NCBI GenBank assembly: GCA_000934665.2
Contig: KZ538426.1
Span: forward strand, 1 to 64,000
Direction: 5' to 3'
Source: Catajapyx aquilonaris
Taxonomy: Eukaryota
DNA: 64,000 nucleotides
Shown: positions 9,601 through 21,513 of the stretch, piece by piece
Numbering within the stretch: position 1 is the stretch's first letter
Layout of the letters: the number at the start of each line of letters is the position of its first letter
Program-made: the position numbers and the translations under genes
The notes under the pieces: model-generated
Told to the model about the DNA's origin: nothing
What the model saw: the letters and a program-made list of their open reading frames with translations, nothing else
Databases searched by the model: none

Positions 9601-12210
9601 TCAAGGCGCCAAGTTCCAAATAACAGGCTCTCCAGATTGTCCATAAAGGCAAAAAAAAAAAGGTTAGTCAGAAAGGGAGAGGGAAGAAATAATCCTCAGT
9701 GGAGAGTCCCCCAACCAAAAACCACAATCTGCGTCAAAACAACTCCAGCAGATGAAGCCTATACCCACCCACTTCACTTGACTGGCCTCAGCCCCATGCA
9801 ACCCTGTGATTATACAGTACAAGGCTTTTGACTTTACTTGCCCAGAGTGGAATTTTCGACCCCCCTTCTCGTGTCCAGGACTCGTAATAATAAGCGCTTC
9901 TCGGTTCATAATATCCTGGCTCAAATGAACTGTGATGGACTGCTAAGGAAAAGTAAAGGCCGTGTCACGCCTTCGTAACAGACACACCGGAAAAAAATAG
10001 GCCTACACAAATGAACGGGCGTAATTACACGCAGAGCGTTATAAATACAGGGTGAGGCATAAGGGGATAACAAGATATTATGAGAGGATGGTCAAGAATT
10101 TTTCTGGAGTTGTTTGGGAATTTCTGGCGAGTATGAGGATTTCATGGTGGGATTTGTCACGGTTTCTTCCACTTAAAATGTATCAGCAAAGTTTTGATTG
10201 TGGGTAAAAGCAGAAAATTGCACTGCTTGGAAGACCCATCTTAAAATTTTAAAAGTATAGAGAGAATGTATTAACGTAAATTACAGAAGCAGTGTACTGC
10301 AGTTTTTCAAGACTTTTTAAAAATGCAATATAATATACCATAAGAAGCTATAACAGGACTGTGGCATGTATCAGGATCACTGTTAGAACCATAACTTTTT
10401 AACTCATAGGTAGCATTGACCTTTTCTGTGTAAGGTAAAAAGTGGCCGGTTTGAAATTTTCCTGTTTTTAAATTTGCATATATACAGGACCTCCCACGCC
10501 CAATATTAGGTTGTCAGTTTCTTTCACAAGAAAATGCAAAGTTTGGGATTTACTTTTTCTGCACAGCATATTTTTCTGCACAAGTTGACAATCCAAAGGA
10601 CTAGGCCATTGATTATTCACCTCTGGTGATGTAAACAAAGTAAAGGAATGCCCTTATTGGGACACTGTGGACTGGAGTGCGAATGGTGCCCAGGGGTGAC
10701 TGATCCATCAACTCTGACTTTGGGACCCCTCTTTGGGACGTCATGTTGGGCAGAGAAACACCCTGACGAGTGTATGAAGTGAAACCATAGGGAGACACGC
10801 CTGTACATTGTAAGTTACTTTCGCGGCAATGAGATGTGTGTTATTACATCAGTCTGTGTTGTAACGAAATGCTAGATACTATGTTCAAAATATGTGAATG
10901 TCTTGCATTTTGTGCCAGTGGCAACAGTCCTTTACAGGGTGAATCCTCGAAGGAGAGAAGTACAGGCTCCAATCATTGCAATAGTATATTTTTGCCACCG
11001 GGAATCTCTCAGTGATTGGGTCTCAGTGACAGTCAAAAATAATGTAATTGGATAAAAAAATTAATCAGCATATAGCAGTTAAAAAGTTAAAGGTTTTCGT
11101 TAGACATAATAATGCAGAGTACAAGACCAATTCAGTTGACCTGTAACACACGTTATGCATTTTCCTATGAATTGTTGAAAATGAAAACAAATACGAGTGA
11201 CTTTTTGTCATTAGTTAAAACCTATATAACTTGTTGAAAAATGCAGTTCTTTCACATCTTCGTCTGTAACAATGTATACGTTTGTCAAATAATCCATTTC
11301 CATGACCAGCATTTCCCTCTTGGACTTTACAACAGCAATTAATTTTGTCCACATGTTTTAATGTAAAACAGATTTGTTTTTACACCTTGTACATATAGAA
11401 GGTGAATGACCATGTGTAAGTTCCCTATAAAAAGTTGTCAACGGATATTGGCTAATTACTTTTTTACTTCATCCAGCCATAATTCTGATGTCTTCGTTTC
11501 TGACAAGTTGCCCAACTTCGCACAAAAAAAGGCGTAACAATGCTGTGCACGCATGAGAATGTCCGATGTTCCACATTCTTGAGGTCCGAATTAGAAATTC
11601 AAATCCGAGCTCCAGATGCCCTCAGCAGCTTCCTCGTAGGTGGCCTACCAAAGCAAGAAACAGGTTGTGATTTTCCAGAGTCGAAGCCCAAGCCACCACC
11701 GGCTTTTCTCCTTCTATACATATATATACAGCCCAGGTCCTGCTCCAGGGCGATGAAATACGGGTATAGTAAGAATGCAGCCAGGGCTAGCTCTCCAACC
11801 CAACCAACCAACCAACCAGCTCCCTTTTATCATCCTGCCAAGCAATTAAGCATCCCGCACGGCCCTTGTAAATAATTAGGCCGTGTAAATTAATTAGCTG
11901 ACTTGAGGCGTTTTGCACTGTATCGGGAAGGCTTCGTCAAACGCCAGTTGCCACTGCCGCCTTCTTTTTTTCTGCAAAAAAGGGATTCGCGGATATTCTC
12001 TACAAATCACACTCAGCCTTTGTTAGAATATTTGAGGATCCGACCAATCAATGGACAGCTTGGAAGATAGGGTTTTATAGGGATGTGCACTGCAAAATTT
12101 TAGTCTGTTGGTGGACAGGAATTGAAAATGGGAAAGTTGTGATTTCTAAATATTAATGCAGAACCTTAAAATACATGTTTTAAAAAGTCATTTGCAAAGT
12201 AGAAATTATT

Positions 12211-12400
12211 GGGCCGTATTCAGAGTCAACAACAAGAAGTTAGTGCAGTGCTTTAAACCACATGACCCAGTTCACTAAGAAAAGTCGTATGCAGAGTCGC
12301 ACTTTAGGCCTAGTGCGGGCCTAGTGCGGACTTAGTGCGACCCTGCTAAAGCGGTGCACTAAGGCAAAACTTAGTGAAGGGGACCCATTGTATTTAGCAA
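12211..12400. mobile_element. Fragment of a PIF/Harbinger-like non-autonomous element with internal 11-bp tandem repeats
   Basis: Begins GGGCCGTATTCAGAGTC, a terminus resembling Harbinger-type MITEs (from recall). It has an internal near-copy GTCGTATGCAGAGTC and three tandem units CCTAGTGCGGG/CCTAGTGCGGA/CTTAGTGCGAC at 12309-12341. No matching right TIR was found. Confidence 0.4.
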
Positions 12401-12832
12401 TGAGCGAGATTTATTTGGTTAGTTTATATTTCTATTTAATTATTTTATACCTCCTGATCAGACAATTGGTTCTGGATACAAATTATGGGGAAGAGTTAGA
12501 GATATGTACTAATTGACAGGGAGCATTAAATATATGGGGTTTGCCTGTGGGTGTGTGAGCACCAGGGATAGGTTTGCAATCCATCATCCATCAGTTCTTC
12601 CTTCCTGCCTGCCTTTCCAGGCGGATGTAATTCGCCAAGGCCATAATGGAAAATCGTAATACATTTTGTCCTTGCGAGCAACAATGCTTGAGGGCGGTAA
12701 CAATCCCTCCAATCCCATAATGGCCCGGGGCATCGTCGCCTAGGCGACGCTGCCGATGTCAGCTCCATCTGACTCGCAATTAACTTCCGCTTCTCCTTCC
12801 CGGCTCCAAAAAGCATAGCCCCCAGGCAATGA

Positions 12833-12866
12833 ATCATCATCATCATCATGATTATCATTATCATCA
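12833..12866. repeat. Imperfect (ATC)n microsatellite
   Basis: ATCATCATCATCATCATGATTATCATTATCATCA. Confidence 0.85.
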
Positions 12867-15800
12867 TCTCTGTTTCTACCGTTACATGTTGCGTTTACGG
12901 TGCATATATTTCGTGAAACGTGAGACGGTGATGCTCCTTTCCATTTTTGTTGTGGTTGGTTCAAGTGCAGAGAATTTCAGATTAATTGATGTTGATATTG
13001 GGGGGGAAGGGAAGACTCTCGAGAAGGATGAAATTTAATGCCGAAGAAGGTTGCGCAGAAATTGGTCTGGAGAAAAGCGGAGGTTGAGCCTTGCAAGATT
13101 GTCATCTTGGCAGAGAATATACGGCGTTTCATGATTCTTCTGGGGAAAAAGAGAAGGGACCAAAAAAATAGGCAGTAGAAAGCAGTGTTTTTCCTCTTTC
13201 TCTCCGAATAATTGGTTTCTTCGTAGAGGAAATGGAATTCTTGCGTCAACAAGATTAGGAGAAAAAAGATGGCATCAGGCGCGCGGGGAAATGGAAGTAG
13301 AAATCCCACGCCGAAGACGACGCCTCCACCATAATACACGAAATTCTCAGATTCCCATCCAAAAAAAAAACTATATGGTTTCCTACCAACCAAAAAGTGT
13401 CAACCTGCACATTCAGGGTGTCAGCAGACTGGGTCCTGTGGAGTGTCACGATTACCATCTCATCAGGCGGCCTTCCTGAATGGAAGAGTCCTCTCCAGCA
13501 CGCCCCAGATGATATCTGCCCGGGGCAACGTGGATTTGCATCCCGGCACGCTCGTTAACTCCATACCCTCCGCCAAACTATCAGCATCAAATCGGCCATT
13601 TGCTAAAACCTTCAGCCTACCTCCCCCCGTCCCATTTTATTCGCCGACGGCCATCTTACCCGGTTACCCTACCAAAACAATGAGTGCCCGTTTTTGATTG
13701 TCGCCGAGTGCCGCTCATATCCAGCCTAGATCAGCGCTTGGCTGCTTATTCCAGGAGGTGGAAATGAGGAAAAATGGTCACCCTGTTGTTCATCAGCAAA
13801 ATGGCGCCTAGGGCTACCCTCCTGCCTTCCCCCCATAAGAACTTTTCTGTGCTGCCCTCTTTGCCAAGGGATGAGGAGTGAGTCTTGCTCCCTCCTTCTA
13901 ATCAGCCTAGGCTTAATCCTTCACCTGCCCCGTGGTAGTGTTGTCTTAATTTACTTAATGATTGGGAACAAAGCACAATGAGGCCCCTGGGCCTCACCGG
14001 AGCCACTTAATATATCGCTCCCCTGCTCCAATGTGAAATGGGCCCATTCTCTCCCACCCAAGTGTCCCATAAGTCATATCCACATGCTCATCAATATGAT
14101 CAGAAAAATGTCTCGTGGTCGCATATATGTGAACAGTGTTACATATTCCTGCTCCATGATCCTCACTATCTGACAAGGCAAAATGTTCGGTCGACAAATG
14201 ACAGCCCACCTCTGTTAATGATTCTCCCTCACTAACTCCCCCTCAATTCCATCAGATATGCAGTCTTCCTCCTGGGAGAAGCGATTGAGGTGGCGCACTC
14301 CCCACATTAATAGTGTCCCCGATGACTTTGAGCATGAAGGCAGCAGAGAGAGGTGGTTGGAGGGATGAAACCGCAGAATAATTGCAGTGGTGCCGTAGGT
14401 GAGTCTCATCCAGCAGCCTTGAGGGCCGGGCTGCTGAGTTTGCATTGGCAATGGGGCTTGGCAAAGAGGATTGCCGAAGAGGAGGTGAGTCCCCAGGGAG
14501 TAGCAAGAGTCCTGAGGGACATGCCATCAGCTTGGATCATCATCTCTCTCTCTCTACTCCCCCAGCTTTGCCACAACCGTCCCCCTTTTTTGTCCCCAGC
14601 AATATCACCGCGTTATGCCAGCTATCTTTATAGCCCCCATTACGCCGTGAAATCCGATTTCGGGGAACGGGAATGAGGAAAAGTGGGCGGTTGGTTTCTG
14701 CTGCTGGAGACATTTCATCCCCACCGACCCTGCAGCCAGCACCACCTGACATAGGCATGCAAACCATAGTGCGTTGGTAAACCCAGCAGGTGCGCTGATT
14801 CATTCGGAGGCATGCGCATCGGACCGGTCAAGAAAAAGGTTACCATACATATACAGATGGGAGGTGGCACGACTTGTTGTTGCCTTCATCCAAATTCTAG
14901 CCTAAGGCTTGAAATAAAAAAGAGGAACCTGGATCGGCGGCAACACGTTTAGTCGCCTGCGGAGTCCTTAGCAAGTCTTGCACCTGTGAAGCAGGCTTCC
15001 CGCTTCGCATCGGTTGCATACTCGACAGGATAAAACATTTCGGCGGATTAAGCCGCGCATGCGTATACTCCAGCCTAACTCTCAGGAATGAGTAATCCAT
15101 CAACTATCCATGCAACGGCACCGTTCTATCGTTTGTTTTAATTCTACGCAAAGTTGAGCGCATTTCATGCCGGTATTCTCTGCGAATTCCGCTTTGTATT
15201 CAAACAAACGACTCAATTTGCGGTGTACCGGCTTAGTGTCGCTCACAGGCCTTGAAACCGAACAGATTCAGCATATGGCCAGGGCACGAGCCGGTGGTTT
15301 CAATAAAAAAATGTTGGGTTCGTCCAAGCGTTGCTGATACCAAACGACAGGTGAGCGTCAACACGAGCTTGGTGACAAACCCTGCCGATTGTCCTCTGCC
15401 AGTGTCTGTAACAAAATCGGGTCCTCTTTCTCTCCGCTTTTTTATTGTTATCCTGAAGGGAATGAAGGCGCCTGTTTTGAGTTGCACATGGCCGCCAAGT
15501 CACGCCCAATCATGTCAATGCCACTGGGCCATTTGGGGCTGGGGGGGGGGAACCAACCAATACCTCCCTTCGGGCTACGATTTACTCTTTCCAATTAATC
15601 GGACCTCCCTAGTCCCCCGGATTTTGCACAGGACAGGGAAATAAAGGATAAGGGGAGGAAAAAAAGGGGATAACAATGGAGAGGAAGACGGTGGTGGGAA
15701 GCCTTGCCATTTTGTTTACTTTGGGTTTGTTCAAAGCACGTAGGCCTACTGAGCAAACGTGTAACATAATGTAATTGCGTTGGCAATATTTAAAGCTACA

Positions 15801-18800
15801 TAGAACATATATGCAGTTTCTATGCAATAATATCTATATTAACCGCTATTCAGTTTGACGTAAAGTCGAAGAAAGTATTAAAGGAAACAAAATTAAAAAT
15901 TCAATTGTTTTATGCATGTAGTATGCTATTAACATCTTTCACATCCGGTACTTTAATTTTAGGTCCAACAATGATGTTGCAATTTTATCCAAAAACTGAC
16001 TCAGCTGGATACAGAAATGTCACATTAATATGATTTTTTTATACATTTTTGGGCCTTTCATATAGTGGTAATTTATAGACAAAAACTAATTTAACTGCTC
16101 ACCAAACCATGGTGTTTATAGTAAATAGTATAGTTTTCCGGTGTGCAGGATTTCAACACATGATTACGCAATGTTACAACTTTTTGTTACAAGAGTAAAA
16201 CAGGTTTCGCGATTAGCTTCCATGTATAGCATATTGACCTGATCAATTAAGGATTTTAATATTTAACCGCCTAGTTTGCAGATTAATTACATGATCGACC
16301 TGTTGTGGTAGCAGTCCTACTACCAAACAGCTCGAATTTTTTATGGTCAAAATCGGCTATACTTTGTGTACAAATTGTGTGAATATGGAAGTATTTTGCT
16401 CTTTTTTATATACAAAAAATGTAATTTCAGCTCTGCTGTTTTAAACCCCGTGATTCTCATAATTGCTTTCAAGGGAGGCAGAACTTGTTTACCAAAATTG
16501 TTTCATAGAACACTATCATTTTTGTCTGTGATTAATGGCATGACACAATAATGGCAACGCAGTTGTATTCTCAGCCAATTTTCACAAGTCTGAAACCACG
16601 TAAACAACGTTAATTAAAAACTCGTTTCTGACGATTTTCCAGTAGACTTCCCCAAAATTTCCCCCCCTTCTGTCTTATATGAAACAACCCAACATTAATA
16701 GCCTTATAATGCCCAACCTCATTAGCGGGTGAGCACAATAATAGCCGGGAAATGCACATGAAAGAGATGGAAGGTAGAGCTATGAATGGAATAGCAAATG
16801 CTATCGGGAGAAATGTAATTCACAACGTTGCTGGTCCAAACGGCTGCTGACATCAATACCTTGTGACATTCAATGTCATTCTCTGGGGATTCAATGGCTG
16901 CCGGCCTGACGGCAATGACTGCAAGCTGCAGGGGACACTTTTTCATGTCGCCTATCCTCCCGATGCCGGGCCCTTTGTCAACCCACCGATTGTCAACATT
17001 TTCTCCTTTAATTGCGAGCCAATTGTTATTTGCATCCTGCGCCCATAGAGCATGTTTAACATATGAATTTGTAAGGTGTCACAAGACTCATCACCTACGT
17101 GCATGTAGTGCTGCTTTCCCACCGAGAGAGGCAGTGGTGTGCATAGCGCCACCTGGTAGTCTTGCCGAGTTTTGGCAGCGTATTTCCCTAAACGACATAT
17201 ACATTGGAAGTGACAAGTCAACTCTGGACCAACCCAACTGTGACATCGCCTTTGTGAAACTCGACCAAGTAATATCCTCTCCCGTGTCGGAAAGACTCGG
17301 TCCGTACCAAATTCCATTACTGGACAAATGACCCGTAAACAAACCAGACTATAAATCTGATTATCCCATCAAGATTCAAAGGCCGTTCCTGCCCCCCTAC
17401 TTTCCATGAAGAGTGCGTGCAAGCCCAAATGTAGTTTCCAATATGGTTTTGGGGAGAGGGGGAGAGAAATAGTTTTTCCCCCCCCCCATCTTTTTCTAGG
17501 GGGATAGTAAAAGAGCCGTGTCTGATGGCGGATGAGAGCCTTTGACGTCAGCGATAAAAGGGCTGGATGGGCGAGCCTGGGCCCTGCTGATTGCGCGCCT
17601 AATCACATTGCCTCATTAGGGAGTCGGCCGATCAGAAAAGTATCAGTCCAGGACTCTAGGGGGGAAAACGGTGGAGGATATAGAGGGGGGGTAGTTTGAA
17701 TTATGGCCGTTATTGGGGACCCGGTCCAGGAGGGAAAACGAGCTTTGAAAATTTTGTAGCTCCCCACCCCTACATCCCCATCTCCATTTCTCACAGGAAT
17801 ATAAGAGACTCTGGACTCCACTGGTTTTATAGACTAATGTGGATCTGAGACTCAACATTAACTCAGGATGATCAAATTGCAATTTCAGCTCAGTTGAACC
17901 CTTAAATTAAATAGCTAAATAAATGATCAATTGCACTCAACTGGGAATCTGGCATTAGTTTATTTGAAGTGTAGGCTTCCGGAATCCAGTTGCCGAAATT
18001 CTTAATGTGAAAGGCGGCTCCAGGTTGGTTTAAAAGGTTTCGGCGCCTTTTGTTTCATGTTTGGGTTTACGTTTCCCATCCGCACATGGTTTACCCTGGT
18101 CCTGTATTTATTTCATAGGAGATGGCAGTGGCGTCCGATTTGCGGCCAAGTGACATCAGGTTCATCTGTCACACGTTGAGTTGTTTTGGTGAGGGGGTTA
18201 AAAGGGCTTTGTGGTGGAAAAGACGCCGATTTTTGCAGCTAAACAAACATGGCGGCGGAATTGAGACGGCACACATTGGGGGCATCACATGTTGGAAGAA
18301 AAGGAGGGCAGAAGGAATGTTGGCATGAGACCACCGGCAGGAAGAGAATAATCATCTGCGAAAGGAAAGAGGAACCACTTTTTGCCAAGAATCCTTCACA
18401 TCCCATCCATCCTTCAATCACGGAGGCAGACTTTTTTGACATTTTTGCGCTTCACAACAAAGACCGCACATTCGTGTCGTGCCGCGACGGGGCCCTCGGG
18501 GTGACCAATAATTGGGGGGTCATTTTAACAATTAGAAAGTGTTTTTCGCGGGCCGCCCACGGCAACTCCTTTCGTGGGGTTTGAAAATCAGCGGAAACAA
18601 AACTGGTGTTGGTGGATCCCAACTTCACGCAACGAGAACAACACAGACGCAACAATTATTCTAACAATGTCGCTGTGTTATCAGATCCTCTTCAAGCTGA
18701 CATCTGGCACCCCTTCTGTCGCCCCCTCCAAAAAATATTATTCAACCCCGCCCCCTTATGAAACAGCAATTTTAATAATCCCTATGTCTCCCCCTTCACC

Positions 18801-21200
18801 CTCTACTTTTCCTCGAAAGATAAATGAGCGAATTATTAGGCAATGGTGGGGGCTGGCATCCATTTGCATGGACACCCCAATACACCAGCAAGTCAGCTTA
18901 TGGGTCCTCTTGTGGGTCCCGCAGGGCGGTTCGTTTGAAATGGGATCCCCGCAAATGAAGTCTTTTGGCTCGCGGAAAAACGTATTAGGGCCGACGGGGG
19001 GAGAAATGATATTGCCGCCAGGGGATACTCGGCGATGATGGTTCAAGCCCACGGTTTTTTTGGATGGTTGGTCCTCACACCCACCAAAGTGCTGTCAAAC
19101 GTGAGGCATACCAAACACGAGAGCAAAATAATTTTTTTAAATGTTCATATTTGCCACAAATATTATTGCCACATTATGTGCTTATCAGGTGTGATGTGAT
19201 ATCAAAGAGGATGTAATGATTGTTGAAAAGTGCCCTATAAATTTTAATTTGTGGCGTGTCATGCCATTTCTTTCCGCTTGGGATGGGCAGCAAACGGTAA
19301 CCTTTCTTAGACTTGAGCAAATATGCAGAGGAAATCTGGCAGGTTTTTTTCACCTCAAGTTTGGCCAACTTGATTGGGCACTTTTTATTCATATTGACGT
19401 GGTTGCATGATCAGGGCAGGAGCGTAGGATGTGCGTTGATGACAAAATTACAAACGCGATGTGGATGGTGAACACGCGCCTGGACCATGAAGATAATTAT
19501 GTGTAAGAAACTTACATGAAGGGTAGGAAGGTGTGCTGCTATACACCCATCTCTGTATGAGGATTTTAGATGCTCTGAAGTCCAAAATGATGCTAAAATC
19601 TGCAACACAATGCATTCATAGTGCTATTACTTTCTATGCGATTATATGTGACATTTTTGTAGACTATAAATATACTGGCACCTTATTCGTGACAGTCATC
19701 GTTATGTCACTCTCATGACATTGTTTCATTGGACAGACATTTTACAGGTTGTCCATTATTTACATTCATATGATGCAGACAGTGAAGCGTGACATTTCGG
19801 AATACATAAATTTAACTTACTGCATGATGTTTGAGTCAATTTGGAAGCCGGCCGTGGAATGATAAATAAATAATGAATCTATATTAATGCAGTATTAATG
19901 AATTTACTCTGGCCAACTAATTACGGCTGAAAGTACAATGATAAATATGTTATAATTGTGCTACAGAGTGCAACAACTAAACTTTAATGATGAAAAAATA
20001 GTGGGAATATTTACGAAAAACGCGATAAATTTATAACAAACCGTTTAAGACTTTCGGAGCACTTATTTGAACGCTTGTAAGGTATAAGGTGTGATGTGAC
20101 CTCCAGCAGTATCCTCATCTGAAGGAAAAACATAAACGCAGCAAAATTATGCATTTGGACCAAGTTTGTGTTTTTGTTAGTAGAGACTTGTACTCAACCT
20201 TCCCGTTGGCTACATACATTACTGCAATTCTGGTGCACTTACGCATATTATACTTTGCAAGTGAGCCAATTTTAGCAAAAGACTCCAATATAATATGCAA
20301 TAAGGAGCTAAAATTAACCATATTACTACACAACGTGTGCAGTAAATTTTTGTAAGAATGATTATTATTTTATATCGCCGATATTGGTAAGATGTATTTT
20401 TAAGGTTCCTCGATCGCACGTTCTGAAGTACCATATCTGCAAGTGAGATGAAGTAGCTATGCCCCTGGGCCAGAACCTTAAAAAAGAGAGAGAAAAGGTG
20501 GGGGTGGGGTAGGTTGAAGAGAGGATGTTGCTGCCAGAAGCACTCGGTGAGAGGCAGCAACCCCAGGCTCTCCCAGCCTCTCCCCCCAGCATCAACCACC
20601 CCACGCAAATCCTTACACACCCTTTACCTCCCATCCTTTTGACGGTCTCCTCCAATCAGCAACGTGGTACTTTCCGGGCATGCCCCAAGGCGGTAGGATC
20701 AAGTCGGGGGGGTTTTCGGATGGTGGTGGTGTTGGGGAGGCATGAATCTCAAGGTCCCCCCCCTCCTGCATCCATGGTCCCCCCCCCATGGTGGTCTCTC
20801 CCCTAGTATATAGTTACTGCGAGTTCCCGCCCCTCAGCTTCCCATAGGCTGCCTACTGAACTATCGATTCGCTTCGGGGACGACCCCCATACGACTCCCA
20901 AATGTACAGAGAAAAAAAGGCCAATATAACGTTATATGGGACCATCTTATAATATGGCTCCCCAATTTTCGTAAGGTGCGTATGTGGGTGTGTGGGATGC
21001 ACGTGATGTAAGCGCCACTGGCGCCCTGTCCAACATTTAGGAAGCAACCACACTGGAAGTTCCGATCGTGCGCCATGGTGTGTTCTCCCCTCCTCCCCAT
21101 TTCCCCCTCCATCCCCCTTCTGTAAATGGCGAGCCCCCCCCTAGCGCCCTACATAGCAACTCCCTTCGCTCGCGGCAAGTCCATCCCCGCCTCCGCTCAA

Positions 21201-21253
21201 GACCTGACCCGACCGACCTGGTCTTTGACCTGGCTTGACCCTTAGTGTGACCC
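21201..21253 (-). promoter_or_regulatory. Cluster of nuclear-receptor half-sites including a perfect DR4
   Basis: TGACCY at 21205, 21226, 21236 and 21248. Positions 21226-21241 read GGGTCAagccAGGTCA on the minus strand. Confidence 0.45.
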
Positions 21254-21340
21254 TAGGGTGGGAACCCCCCTCGGAAAAGTAGAAGTGGGCGGCTCCTCAA
21301 CTTCAGATCTTTTGTTTACATGAGACTGCTGCTTCTGTAG

Positions 21341-21513
21341 GCAAGAGCCGGGTACAGGTGTCGCGGCCACGTGACCCCATCCACTCGAGGTCGACCTGAG
21401 TGACCAGACTGGCGACGGTGCCCTACGCTTCCTCGCACGCGGCGGGCTGCCGGGCACCCCCGCCCCCGCCCATGGCCATGTCATTCCTCGCGCTCGACTC
21501 CAACTCATGGCAG
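21341..21513 (+). other. Candidate 173-nt GC-rich exon, possibly containing a start codon (MAMSFLALDSNSWQ, phase-0 donor)
   Basis: Acceptor CTGCTTCTGTAG ends at 21340 and donor CAG|GTCAGT is at 21513/21514. GC content drops sharply after the donor. In-frame ATGs at 21472 and 21478 run open to the donor. All three frames have stops in the 5' part, consistent with UTR. The product is not recognised. Confidence 0.4.

Noticed and set aside
10758..10800. Hammerhead-like CTGACGA...GAAAC
   Set aside because: Stem II cannot pair and stems I and III are too short.
10046..10805. Tc1/mariner-like MITE bounded by TACAGGGTG...CACGCCTGTA
   Set aside because: The two ends match only in the first few bases, which is insufficient to call a TIR pair.
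13443..13697. Protein-like S/P-rich ORF as a possible exon
   Set aside because: An acceptor is possible but there is no convincing donor and no recognisable homology.
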